From assembly GCA_964512075.1 (NCBI GenBank), contig CAZEID010000006.1, forward strand, positions 1,024 to 65,023: a DNA stretch of 64,000 bases, given 5' to 3'. The notes under the pieces were generated by a model. That model saw only the letters and a list, made by a program, of their open reading frames with translations. It did not search any database and was not told the DNA's origin. Origin of the DNA: an uncultured Candidatus Saccharibacteria bacterium. Lineage in GTDB: Bacteria; Patescibacteriota; WWE3; 9FT-COMBO-53-11. Below are positions 1-7,780 of the stretch, piece after piece. Numbering within the stretch: position 1 is the first letter of the stretch; the number at the start of each line of letters is the position of its first letter. Both the position numbers and the translations under genes were made by a program.

Positions 1-2
1 AG

Positions 3-353
3 ATCTACCGCTCTCTTTCCGGATTAACCAAGGATGCCGAAACTTGGGCTGCAGATTCCTATCAAAAAGCCGTTGCCCTGGACCTATTCAATCCCCTCAC
101 CCGAATCGGCTTTGGAGGCTTCTATTACCAGATGGGGGATTTTGCCAAGGCGGCGGAGCAGTTCCGCGCCGCCGTGAATCTAAAGCCGGACTACGCCAAT
201 GCCCACTACAACCTCGGCCGGGCCTACAAAGAACTGGGGGAAAAGGATTTGGCGATTCAGGAACTGGAAACCGCCCTCCGGCTTTCCAATCCGGAAGTTT
301 CTGGGTACGAAGAGGCCCAACAGATCCTAGAAGAACTCAAGTCTTCAAAATAG
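3..353 (+). CDS. TPR-repeat protein, C-terminal part (5' truncated by window edge)
   Basis: Frame is open from base 3 to the stop at 353; TPR motifs (AAEQFRAAVNLKPDYANAHYNLGRAY). Confidence 0.85.
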   Translation: MYRSLSGLTKDAETWAADSYQKAVALDLFNPLTRIGFGGFYYQMGDFAKAAEQFRAAVNLKPDYANAHYNLGRAYKELGEKDLAIQELETALRLSNPEVSGYEEAQQILEELKSSK

Positions 354-395
354 CCCCGCGCAACTTTCCTCCCGATTTTCCCCCGGCGACTTGAA

Positions 396-413
396 ACCTT
401 TCGTACGAAAGGT
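396..413. repeat. 18-bp perfect palindrome ACCTTTCGTACGAAAGGT downstream of the ArsR-like gene
   Basis: Seen directly; near-identical copy at 728-745. Confidence 0.85.
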
Positions 414-436
414 GCTACAGGAATGGTGAGTTAGTA

Positions 437-724
437 CTAACCTTTCCCCAGAACAGTCTCAATGATTCTTCTGACCGGGGCGGAAAGTCTCGGATTTAAA
501 AAGTAGAAAGTTTCCCCCTTCCTTTCTTCTCGCTCAAGGATTCCGGCATTAAACATTCGCCACAAATGCTTCGAGGTCGACCTAAAAGCCAACTCGATCT
601 TTCGGGACAACTCTCCAACGCTCAGCTCTCCTTCAGACCGAAGAAGCGCCACAATCGTAAGCCGGCGCTTGTTGGCGAGCGCCTTCAGGATTTTCTCCCA
701 ATCGCTCTTAGACACCTCAACCAC
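437..724 (-). CDS. ArsR/SmtB-family winged-HTH transcriptional regulator
   Basis: LKALANKRRLTIVALL...SVGELS...STSKHL...AGILEREERKGETFYFLN matches the ArsR fold pattern. Confidence 0.85.
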   Translation of the reverse strand: MVEVSKSDWEKILKALANKRRLTIVALLRSEGELSVGELSRKIELAFRSTSKHLWRMFNAGILEREERKGETFYFLNPRLSAPVRRIIETVLGKG

Positions 725-727
725 TGG

Positions 728-745
728 ACCATTCGTACGAATGGT
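728..745. promoter_or_regulatory. 18-bp perfect palindrome ACCATTCGTACGAATGGT just upstream of the ArsR-like gene (candidate operator)
   Basis: Palindrome seen directly; operator role is inferred. Confidence 0.7.
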
Positions 746-763
746 ACATCAACCAAATCGGTT

Positions 764-838
764 TGGTGGACCCGGGGGGAATCGAACCCCCGATCTCCGC
801 AATGCGAGTGCGGCGCTCTACCGCTGAGCTACGGGCCC
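764..838 (-). tRNA. tRNA-Ala (CGC)
   Basis: Cloverleaf GGGCCCG...CGGGTCC-ACCA, G3:U70, anticodon loop CT-CGC-AT, TTCGA T loop. Confidence 0.95.
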
Positions 839-843
839 CAGAG

Positions 844-919
844 TGGTGGAGCGTAGCGGAGTCGAACCGCTGACCTCCTGCATGCCATGCAGGCGCTCTA
901 CCGACTGAGCTAACGCCCC
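844..919 (-). tRNA. tRNA-Ala (GGC)
   Basis: Cloverleaf GGGGCGT...ACGCTCC-ACCA, G3:U70, anticodon GGC. Confidence 0.95.
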
Positions 920-923
920 CATT

Positions 924-984
924 TGGTGGAGCCGGGAAGAATTGCACTTCCCCATTAAAAGTTCCCGTCAAGCGGGACAGCCCC
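924..984 (-). ncRNA. 61-nt tRNA-Ala-like or tmRNA tRNA-like-domain mini RNA lacking an anticodon arm
   Basis: GGGGCTG/CGGCTCC acceptor stem with G3:U70, ACCA end, T arm GGAAG-TGCAATT-CTTCC, one extra hairpin TCCCG-CTTGA-CGGGA. Confidence 0.65.
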
Positions 985-992
985 GTACGGTA

Positions 993-1001
993 ATTATAGC
1001 A
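993..1001 (-). promoter_or_regulatory. Extended -10 promoter (TGCTATAAT) of the mini-RNA/tRNA-Ala operon
   Basis: Perfect TGnTATAAT 8 nt upstream of the 5' G at 984. Confidence 0.75.
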
Positions 1002-1015
1002 ACCTTCTCTCTGTT

Positions 1016-2308
1016 CTAATCCTCCAAGTAGGGAAGGGGATTAACTCGCTGGTGAGCGCTGCCGCAGTAAATCTCAAAGTGGAGGTGCGGACCAAAAGTC
1101 ACTCCGGACTCCCCCGATTGGGCAACGACCTGGCCCCTAACTACGCGCTCTCCAATCCCCACCAACGGCCGGCTAATATGACCGTAGCGGGCTTGGAGAC
1201 CCGTCGGGTTGCCGTCCTTGTCCAAAAGATCAATGAAGACCAACCCGCCGTATCCGTAGTTGCACCCCGGACCAAAGCTCATGCACCGCTGGGAAAAATT
1301 CGCCACCGCGGACACAACCCCATCTCCGATAGCGTACAAGTCCTCGTAGTCCGCAGCTAGATCAATCCCTCGGTGAGAGTAGGTATAGTCACCAATCTTA
1401 ATCTTGGACTTGGTTGGCCAACCGAACTTCAGCCCCACATCGCAAGCCCCCACCGGGGCCAGAAAACTCCCGGCGAGGTAGGAACTTTCGACCGGAACCA
1501 AAATCTCCAACCCCGGCTTAAGGTCAGCGGAAGACATAATGTAGTTGAACTCCACAATCTGTTGAGCATTCGAGCCGAACTTGCGAGCAATTGAGTTTAG
1601 AGTGTCCCCTGCCCGAATCACGTAGTTAACCCCCTCAATTGGGGGAATTGTGATCTCTTCCCCCACCGCCACGTGATAAGACATCACGCCATTCTTACCG
1701 AACGACTCTTGAATCTGTTTAGGATTGGCCGAAACCAGGGCGTCCACGGTTCGGCGGAAGCGCTCGGCAATCTTATAGACATCGTCTCCTTCCCGCACGA
1801 CATAGGTGAAGGCCTCGGTCCTGGTCAGGTCGGACTTCTCCGTCGTGAGAGTAGTACTGCTATCCAAAATCAGGGTATTCGCCAAAGAGTCCGGCTTTGG
1901 CTTCTGGAAAATAATTCCGCTCAGCGCCGCGGTAGCCACCAGCAGGGTAACAGAAAAAGCCACTAAAGTAGCGTGGGCGAAAGGAAAGGCCAATTGCCCT
2001 TTTCGGCGAACAAACCTTCGGGAGAGCCAAAACTTGAACTGCTCGGCGAGAGCAAAACCCGAAAAAACAAACCGCACTAACCCGGCGAAAAACTGGGAAA
2101 AGCGGTGGTAAAGGTAAACGATCAAACCAACCCCGAAGGACAGGAGGTCCTCCCCGAGGGTTTCTTTTTTGCTTTCCTCCCGCAATCCCCACTTGAGCTG
2201 CCCGCTCGAAAGGGATAAGGGAGGTTGCGCTGCCCTATCCATAAGCTGCCCCCTGAAGCACCTGTCCGCTTCTAGCGGAACAAAAAAGGACGGGACCCAA
2301 GATCCCAT
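1016..2308 (-). CDS. Membrane-anchored LysM + M23 peptidase (peptidoglycan DD-endopeptidase); true start probably downstream of 2308
   Basis: Two LysM repeats (YVVREGD, YVIRAGDTLNSIA), HRGID and GPHLHFE M23 motifs. Confidence 0.9.
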   Translation of the reverse strand: MGSWVPSFFVPLEADRCFRGQLMDRAAQPPLSLSSGQLKWGLREESKKETLGEDLLSFGVGLIVYLYHRFSQFFAGLVRFVFSGFALAEQFKFWLSRRFVRRKGQLAFPFAHATLVAFSVTLLVATAALSGIIFQKPKPDSLANTLILDSSTTLTTEKSDLTRTEAFTYVVREGDDVYKIAERFRRTVDALVSANPKQIQESFGKNGVMSYHVAVGEEITIPPIEGVNYVIRAGDTLNSIARKFGSNAQQIVEFNYIMSSADLKPGLEILVPVESSYLAGSFLAPVGACDVGLKFGWPTKSKIKIGDYTYSHRGIDLAADYEDLYAIGDGVVSAVANFSQRCMSFGPGCNYGYGGLVFIDLLDKDGNPTGLQARYGHISRPLVGIGERVVRGQVVAQSGESGVTFGPHLHFEIYCGSAHQRVNPLPYLED

Positions 2309-2479
2309 CCCCGAGCTTTTTGCGCCTAAAATAGGCGCAAAAAGTGGGCAGGGAGAATGCTTAGGGACAGAATTAGACTAGCAAAAATCGGCTTAAAAAG
2401 CAAGCCAACTCGCCAAAGGCTAAAAGCTAAACGCTAAGGAAAAATACCTTTTGCCTTCCGCTTTTCGCGCCGGGCTGGT

Positions 2480-3673
2480 TTACTTAGCTTCCTTAAGGGT
2501 CGCCAAAAACTCCTTGTTGCTCTTAGTGCGCCGAACGCGGTCCACGACCAACTCGGTCGCCTCATCTCCCAGAGTATCGACCATCCGGCGCAGGGTGTAA
2601 ATCTGCTCCAGGGTGGCTTTGTCAAAAAGCAGTTCTTCGTGCCGGGTCCCCGACTTTACGATATTAATCGCCGGAAAGATTCGCCGCTCTGCCAAGCTAC
2701 GATCCAGGTGCAATTCCATATTGCCGGTCCCCTTGAACTCCTCATAGATTAGATCGTCCATCCGAGAACCCGTGTCGACCAAAGCCGTGGCGATAATCGT
2801 CAATGACCCGCCCTTCTCAAAGTTCCGGGCGGCCCCGAAGAAGTGCTTCGGGGGGTAAAGAGCGATCGGATCGAACCCCCCGGTAAGAGTCCTTCCAGAA
2901 GGCGGGACGACCAGGTTGTAAGCCCGAGCAGCCCGAGTAAGGGAATCCATCAGGATTAAAACATCCTCACCCATTTCAGCAGCGCGCTTCGCCTTCTCCA
3001 AGCACATTTCGGCGATTCGAACCTGATCTTCGGCCGGTTCGTCAAAGTTAGAGGAGAAAACTTCTCCCTTCACCGACCGGGAGATGTCCGTAACTTCCTC
3101 TGGTCGCTCTCCGATCAAAGCCACCATGATCTTGACTTTAGGATGGTTAGTAGTGACACCATGGGCAATATCTTTGAGCAGCCAGGTTTTTCCGGCCTTC
3201 GGAGGGGAAACAATCATTCCCCGCTGGCCTTTCCCAATCGGAGCGAACAAGTCAATTAGCCGGGTAGAAATGATGTCGGGCTTGGTCTCGAGCGGCAGCC
3301 ATTCGTTCGGAAAGATCGGCACCAACCGCTCAAATCGGGGGCGCTTTTGCGCCTCTTCGGGGGTAAGGCCAGCCACTTTGGTAACCTTCAGAAGCGAAAG
3401 GTAGCGCTCACCTTCTTTCGGCGGCCGCGCTACTCCTTCAATTAAATCTCCCATCCGCATATCCAGCCGGCGGATTTGGGAAAGGGAAACATAGACATCC
3501 GAGGGCAGATCACCTTCCTGGGCCACTTCCGAGCGAAGAACCCCGTAATCGGGGAGAATTTCCAAAGTCCCCGATACCGGGATGGTTTCACCTCGATAAG
3601 GACCTTCGTTGCGATTTTCTCCGTTGGACCGGTAAGGTCGGGGGGAGGAAGATCTCGTTGCTTCTTCAATCAT
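2480..3673 (-). CDS. rho: Transcription termination factor Rho
   Basis: [14 protein letters not shown]-binding domain, [15 protein letters not shown] Walker [16 protein letters not shown]. Confidence 0.97.
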   Translation of the reverse strand: MIEEATRSSSPRPYRSNGENRNEGPYRGETIPVSGTLEILPDYGVLRSEVAQEGDLPSDVYVSLSQIRRLDMRMGDLIEGVARPPKEGERYLSLLKVTKVAGLTPEEAQKRPRFERLVPIFPNEWLPLETKPDIISTRLIDLFAPIGKGQRGMIVSPPKAGKTWLLKDIAHGVTTNHPKVKIMVALIGERPEEVTDISRSVKGEVFSSNFDEPAEDQVRIAEMCLEKAKRAAEMGEDVLILMDSLTRAARAYNLVVPPSGRTLTGGFDPIALYPPKHFFGAARNFEKGGSLTIIATALVDTGSRMDDLIYEEFKGTGNMELHLDRSLAERRIFPAINIVKSGTRHEELLFDKATLEQIYTLRRMVDTLGDEATELVVDRVRRTKSNKEFLATLKEAK

Positions 3674-3821
3674 TAGAAAATAGCAAACGGCTTGCAGCTT
3701 ACGACGAACAGCGAAAGACCAAATCGCTGTTAGCGGTTAGCTTTATGCTGTTAGCTAGGTGGAATCGGGTAGACGACCACTGCCCCTAGTCGCCTACCCA
3801 ACCAACAATATAGCATATCTT

Positions 3822-3856
3822 GCTAAGAGCTAAAAGCAAAATGCTAAAAGCTAAAC
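3822..3856 (+). repeat. Tandem heptamer array (GCTAAAA-type), 5 units
   Basis: GCTAAGA-GCTAAAA-GCAAAAT-GCTAAAA-GCTAAAC. Confidence 0.75.
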
Positions 3857-4206
3857 GTCGTTCAGAGACTTTTGGAACGAACGCATCTTTCGAATAAGCA
3901 CCTCATATTCAGCGTAGTATTTTCCTCTGTCAGATGCAGACAGAATATTTTGCCGAACTGTAATCTCAACCAGAGGAATACACTCGTAACAGGAACCAAC
4001 CGCGATACCGACGAATCTCGCAAACTCTTTCTTGTTTCTTCCGCTTCCTTCAGCTATATTCAAAGCCGCGGAAAGCGATGCCCTCTCCTTATTTGCGAGG
4101 TGAGATCCAACAAGTACTCTTTAGGCCAATCCTTGGTAAGAGTGTAAATTTCGTGAGCTAACCCGAGAGAATCTTTATAGATATCGAGGCTTTTAAAACT
4201 AAGCAC
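3851..4206 (-). pseudogene. Four-helix-bundle protein (23S-IVS-like family), frameshifted
   Basis: MLSFKSLDIYKDSLGLAHEIYTLTKDWPKEY..LTSQIRR, then ASLSAALNIAEGSGR in another frame; 2 extra nt near 4082-4086 (356 nt total). Confidence 0.8.
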
Positions 4207-4237
4207 GGCTTTTCGCCTTTAGCTTTTAGCCTTTCGC
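4207..4237 (-). repeat. Tandem heptamer array (GCTAAAA/GCGAAAG-type), inverted relative to 3822-3856
   Basis: Minus strand reads GCGAAAG-GCTAAAA-GCTAAAG-GCGAAAA-GCC directly before the GTG start. Confidence 0.75.
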
Positions 4238-4241
4238 CAAA

Positions 4242-4838
4242 TTACCAATACTTGGTAATTTTGATTCGACGGACGAGGAACCCGAGGTAAGCCAGAAAGA
4301 GAGAAGTGGCAATCACATCGGCGGAGCCAGTTTCCGGCAAAACTTTTCCCAAAACCTCACCCTTAACCGTAGTCCGGGCTGCGCACTGGAACCACTCATT
4401 TCCTTCCTTCCAGGTTTTCTTAATCTGAAGTACCGACTCAATCAAGTCCCCCGCCGTTACTCCGGCCTTCACCCTCGCCTGGAAAGTCACTTTGACCCAC
4501 TCTCCCGGATTAAGAACTCCTAAATTAAGGCCGTCAGTTAGCCAAGCGTCGGTTACGGAAGCACCCCCGCCCAGACTATCCGACCAGGCGGTAGAACCCG
4601 CGACATAAGTCAGATAGGGAGAAAGGGTCTCGGAAATGAAAACCGGATCAATCTTGGTATCGCCCACATTGGTAATTTGAATCGTATAGGTGAGGGTATC
4701 GCCGACCGAAGCCGTCGCCTTATCAACGGTTTGCTTGGCATCGATTTGGTAAGTCTCCGCCATGGCATTAAAAAGCGGCGCTAACGAGAGCGCAAAGCCG
4801 ATTAAGACTGTTGCAACTAGAATCTTCAAACCACTCAT
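4242..4838 (-). CDS. Secreted DUF11 (conserved repeat domain) protein with C-terminal LPETG sorting-like motif
   Basis: Signal peptide, KQTVDKATASVGDTLTYTIQITNVG, LPETG + hydrophobic segment + basic tail; start ATG at 4838. Confidence 0.8.
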   Translation of the reverse strand: MSGLKILVATVLIGFALSLAPLFNAMAETYQIDAKQTVDKATASVGDTLTYTIQITNVGDTKIDPVFISETLSPYLTYVAGSTAWSDSLGGGASVTDAWLTDGLNLGVLNPGEWVKVTFQARVKAGVTAGDLIESVLQIKKTWKEGNEWFQCAARTTVKGEVLGKVLPETGSADVIATSLFLAYLGFLVRRIKITKYW

Positions 4839-4979
4839 GCTTTTAATCATAGCATCAGCCCTATAAAAGTCAAGTATAGGGCTAAACTCTCCCAAAGACT
4901 CCAGATACGAACTGAAGTTTTTAGGAAAGCCCCTCACCTTTTTGAATTGCAAAGGTGAGGGGTCGCACCACTCTCGCTC

Positions 4980-5966
4980 TTACCTCACTGGCGTCGGAGT
5001 CGGCACACTCGGCGGATATTCCGTCGGGGTGGCTACCGGCGTCAGGGGAGGCAAACAATCCGGCCCGCAACTTTCCGTCGGGGTTGGCGGCGGAGTGGTC
5101 GGGGTAGGAGGAGGCAAAGTTGGCGTGGGCGTCGCCCGGGGCGGCTCCGTGGGCGGAGTCGTCGAGGGGACTGCCGGCGTCGCGGTCGGCGAGACCGGCA
5201 GACCGCAGACGATCTGAAACTTCACGACCGTCGCGTTCAGACGGGGATAAGCGTCTAGCCGAACCGCTACCCAAGAGGGTTCGGAACCGAAGCGGATCCC
5301 GTCCTCCTCGTCCGTTTCGAGCCGAGGAATCCAGACCGCACACCCGGCCGGCAAAGCCTTCTCGTCTACGCCCACCCAATAGGTCCCCGGAGGAACCTCA
5401 AAGGTTGTTGCGGCGATGAGAAATTCGTCGATGGTAACCATTTCTTCGGTTACCTGCCGCAGCGTCTCCCGAAGCTCTCCGTCCTCCCCGAAGGGAGAGA
5501 GGAGAATTGGGACCCCCGGCATCCGGCGCCAGATCCCGTAAGCGGTATCTAACCGAAGCGTTTCTACCCGAAGGTAGACGCGCTCGCTCTCCGCCACTGA
5601 CTCGGTCGCCGCGACCGCAGGAGCGGTCGCCGCCACTGCCGTCGGGGGCATTGCGGTCGGAAAGCGGTCGGAAGCAACCTCGCGCTCTCCTTGCGAAGCG
5701 AGAAAAACGTAGGCCGCCGTCAGAGCGACCGCCGCAAAACCCAGGATGCCCAACAGAAACAGCAAAAACTCCAGCGTCCGCGTTCTAGACACCGAAGGCG
5801 GCGCTTTCGCCTTCTTGGGCTGGGCTCGCTTCTTGGCGCTCCGGGCGGGCTGGCGACGGCTCTTCCACCGCTTTCGCCATCCCTCGAACTTGGCCTTTGC
5901 CCTCGAAACCAAGGACAAAAACCGATTCACTACAGCCCGGCGGGCAGACTTGGCCTTTTTGGCCAT
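4980..5966 (-). CDS. Hypothetical membrane-anchored protein with basic N-terminus and Pro/Thr-rich C-terminus
   Basis: AGGAGG SD, one TM segment, PTPT-rich tail. Confidence 0.75.
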   Translation of the reverse strand: MAKKAKSARRAVVNRFLSLVSRAKAKFEGWRKRWKSRRQPARSAKKRAQPKKAKAPPSVSRTRTLEFLLFLLGILGFAAVALTAAYVFLASQGEREVASDRFPTAMPPTAVAATAPAVAATESVAESERVYLRVETLRLDTAYGIWRRMPGVPILLSPFGEDGELRETLRQVTEEMVTIDEFLIAATTFEVPPGTYWVGVDEKALPAGCAVWIPRLETDEEDGIRFGSEPSWVAVRLDAYPRLNATVVKFQIVCGLPVSPTATPAVPSTTPPTEPPRATPTPTLPPPTPTTPPPTPTESCGPDCLPPLTPVATPTEYPPSVPTPTPVR

Positions 5967-6345
5967 CGCAACCTCCTTTTAGATTTGGTTTTTAAGCGAG
6001 ACATCAATCCACCGGAAGTGGACTGATTTCCCTCCTAAAAAGTTGTAACCCTCCTGATCACGAGCTTTCTATCGCCACAAAAAGAGAGCGAGCCCCTGCC
6101 CAAAGCTCGCTCTGATTGACAATCTAGCAAGCTTAGAAGGCCTTGTCAAGTCTTATAGTTTTAAGGTCCGCTGACTGACAGTATACCTCATAGTTAATAG
6201 TTATGCAAGTGGAATTAGAGCTCATAGCATAATAGGGGAGATTGGATCGTAATTCCCGCGGAGGCGGGTCGGGCGCTTAATGGGTTAACGGAGTCAACGG
6301 GAAAGAAAGCCGTCTAATATCTCGATATCCAGTATCTTAATATCT

Positions 6346-7644
6346 TCAGCTGAAAAGCTTGGCCAAAAGTTCCGAGATCGTAGAAAACTCCCTTGCAGTA
6401 ATTACCTCAAGCCCCAATTTTTGGGCATGTTTTAAGCGCTCCTCTTCCCCCGCTACCGCGCGAATTTCCCCGTTCAGACCCACCTCTCCAAAGAAACAAA
6501 GTTTCGCCGGAATCGGCTTCTTAAGGCGCGCCGATGTTACCGCTACCGCAATTGCTAAGTCCGCGGCCGGCTCAAATACCCGCATCCCGAAAGAGCTTTT
6601 CACAAAAATGTCCGAGCGGGAAAGATTCACCTTCCCAAACTTCTCCACCACGGCCAAGATCAGGAGGGCCCGCTTGGAAGAGAGGCCTTGGGTAGTTCTT
6701 TTCGGGTACGGGTAGGCGGTCGCGGAGGTGAGGGCTTGAATCTCCAGCAGAAGGGGGCGGGCGCCCTCCAGTGCAATTGTCAGTGCTGATCCCGGAGAGG
6801 CGCGGTGCTTTTTGAGGAAAACCGCCGAAGGATCTTTAACTTCTTCCAGCCCCTTCTTTCCCATCTCAAAGATCCCCACCTCTGAAGTTGCTCCGAACCG
6901 ATTTTTCTGCGACCGCAGGACCCGCAGCGAGGAGAATTTATCTCCTTCGAAAGTCAAGACCACATCGACGATGTGCTCCAGAAACTTCGGCCCCCCGATC
7001 GCAAAGGTTTTGGTAACGTGCCCCGTCATCACTACCGGCACCCCTTTGGCCTTGGCAAAGCCGGTCAGCTGGGCGGCCGCGTATTTGAGCTGGGAAGGGG
7101 AACCGGCCGAGCCGGCTACATTATCGGAAGAAGTCGTCTGGAGGGAATCCACCACTACCAACCCCAGCTTATCCATCTCGGAAATTTCGGCGAGAATTAA
7201 ATCCAAATCGGTCTGGGAGAGAAAATAAAGATTGTCGGCAGCGATCCCTAGCCGCTCCGCCCGCCCCGCGATCTGCTCTTCCGACTCCTCGCCCGAAACG
7301 TAAATGACAGGGGTTTTTTGGCCAATTCTTTCCGCCGCCTGCAGGAGTAGGGTAGATTTCCCAATTCCGGGAGGGCCGGAGAGCAGGATGGCCGAGCCGG
7401 GAACAATCCCCTCACCCAGGACTCGGTCAAACTCGCCAATTCCTGTCTTGATTCGGGAGACAGACCTCTGGGAGATTTCGGACAGCTTTTTCGGTTTCCT
7501 TGCTTCCCCACCGCCGGCGCCGGACTTATGAGTACTGACTTCTTTTAAGGTATTCCACTCCCCGCAGAACTGGCACTTTCCCTGCCACTTCAGATGCTCG
7601 CCGCCGCACTCGCCGCAGATAAAAAGGACTTTTGACTTTGGCAT
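6346..7644 (-). CDS. radA: DNA repair protein RadA/Sms
   Basis: CxxC...CxxC zinc finger, GPPGIGKST, KNRFG, Lon-like C-terminus. Confidence 0.97.
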   Translation of the reverse strand: MPKSKVLFICGECGGEHLKWQGKCQFCGEWNTLKEVSTHKSGAGGGEARKPKKLSEISQRSVSRIKTGIGEFDRVLGEGIVPGSAILLSGPPGIGKSTLLLQAAERIGQKTPVIYVSGEESEEQIAGRAERLGIAADNLYFLSQTDLDLILAEISEMDKLGLVVVDSLQTTSSDNVAGSAGSPSQLKYAAAQLTGFAKAKGVPVVMTGHVTKTFAIGGPKFLEHIVDVVLTFEGDKFSSLRVLRSQKNRFGATSEVGIFEMGKKGLEEVKDPSAVFLKKHRASPGSALTIALEGARPLLLEIQALTSATAYPYPKRTTQGLSSKRALLILAVVEKFGKVNLSRSDIFVKSSFGMRVFEPAADLAIAVAVTSARLKKPIPAKLCFFGEVGLNGEIRAVAGEEERLKHAQKLGLEVITAREFSTISELLAKLFS

Positions 7645-7668
7645 CAATTCAGTTTACAGCAACCGAAC

Positions 7669-7767
7669 AAATTCGAAATCCTAAGCACGAAATCCTAAAC
7701 AAGCCCACTTCAACCTTCGAGGTTAACGGGATCAATTACCGCAAGTTTAGGATTTAGGTTAGGATTT
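7669..7767. repeat. AAATCCT-type heptamer arrays in inverted arrangement
   Basis: AAATTCG-AAATCCT-AAGCACG-AAATCCT-AAAC ... GTTT-AGGATTT-AGGTT-AGGATTT. Confidence 0.65.
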
Positions 7768-7780
7768 GCGCCTAGGCGCC

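Noticed and set aside
566-971. ORFs 566-856 (+) and 717-971 (-)
   Set aside because: They overlap tRNA genes and the ArsR-like gene; shadow ORFs
2185-2383. c-di-AMP (ydaO) or another known riboswitch upstream of the M23 peptidase
   Set aside because: Conserved aptamer motifs could not be matched by eye; kept only as an unclassified structured leader
3851-4206. Diversity-generating retroelement suggested by the Avd-like four-helix-bundle gene
   Set aside because: No reverse transcriptase and no template/variable repeat pair in the window
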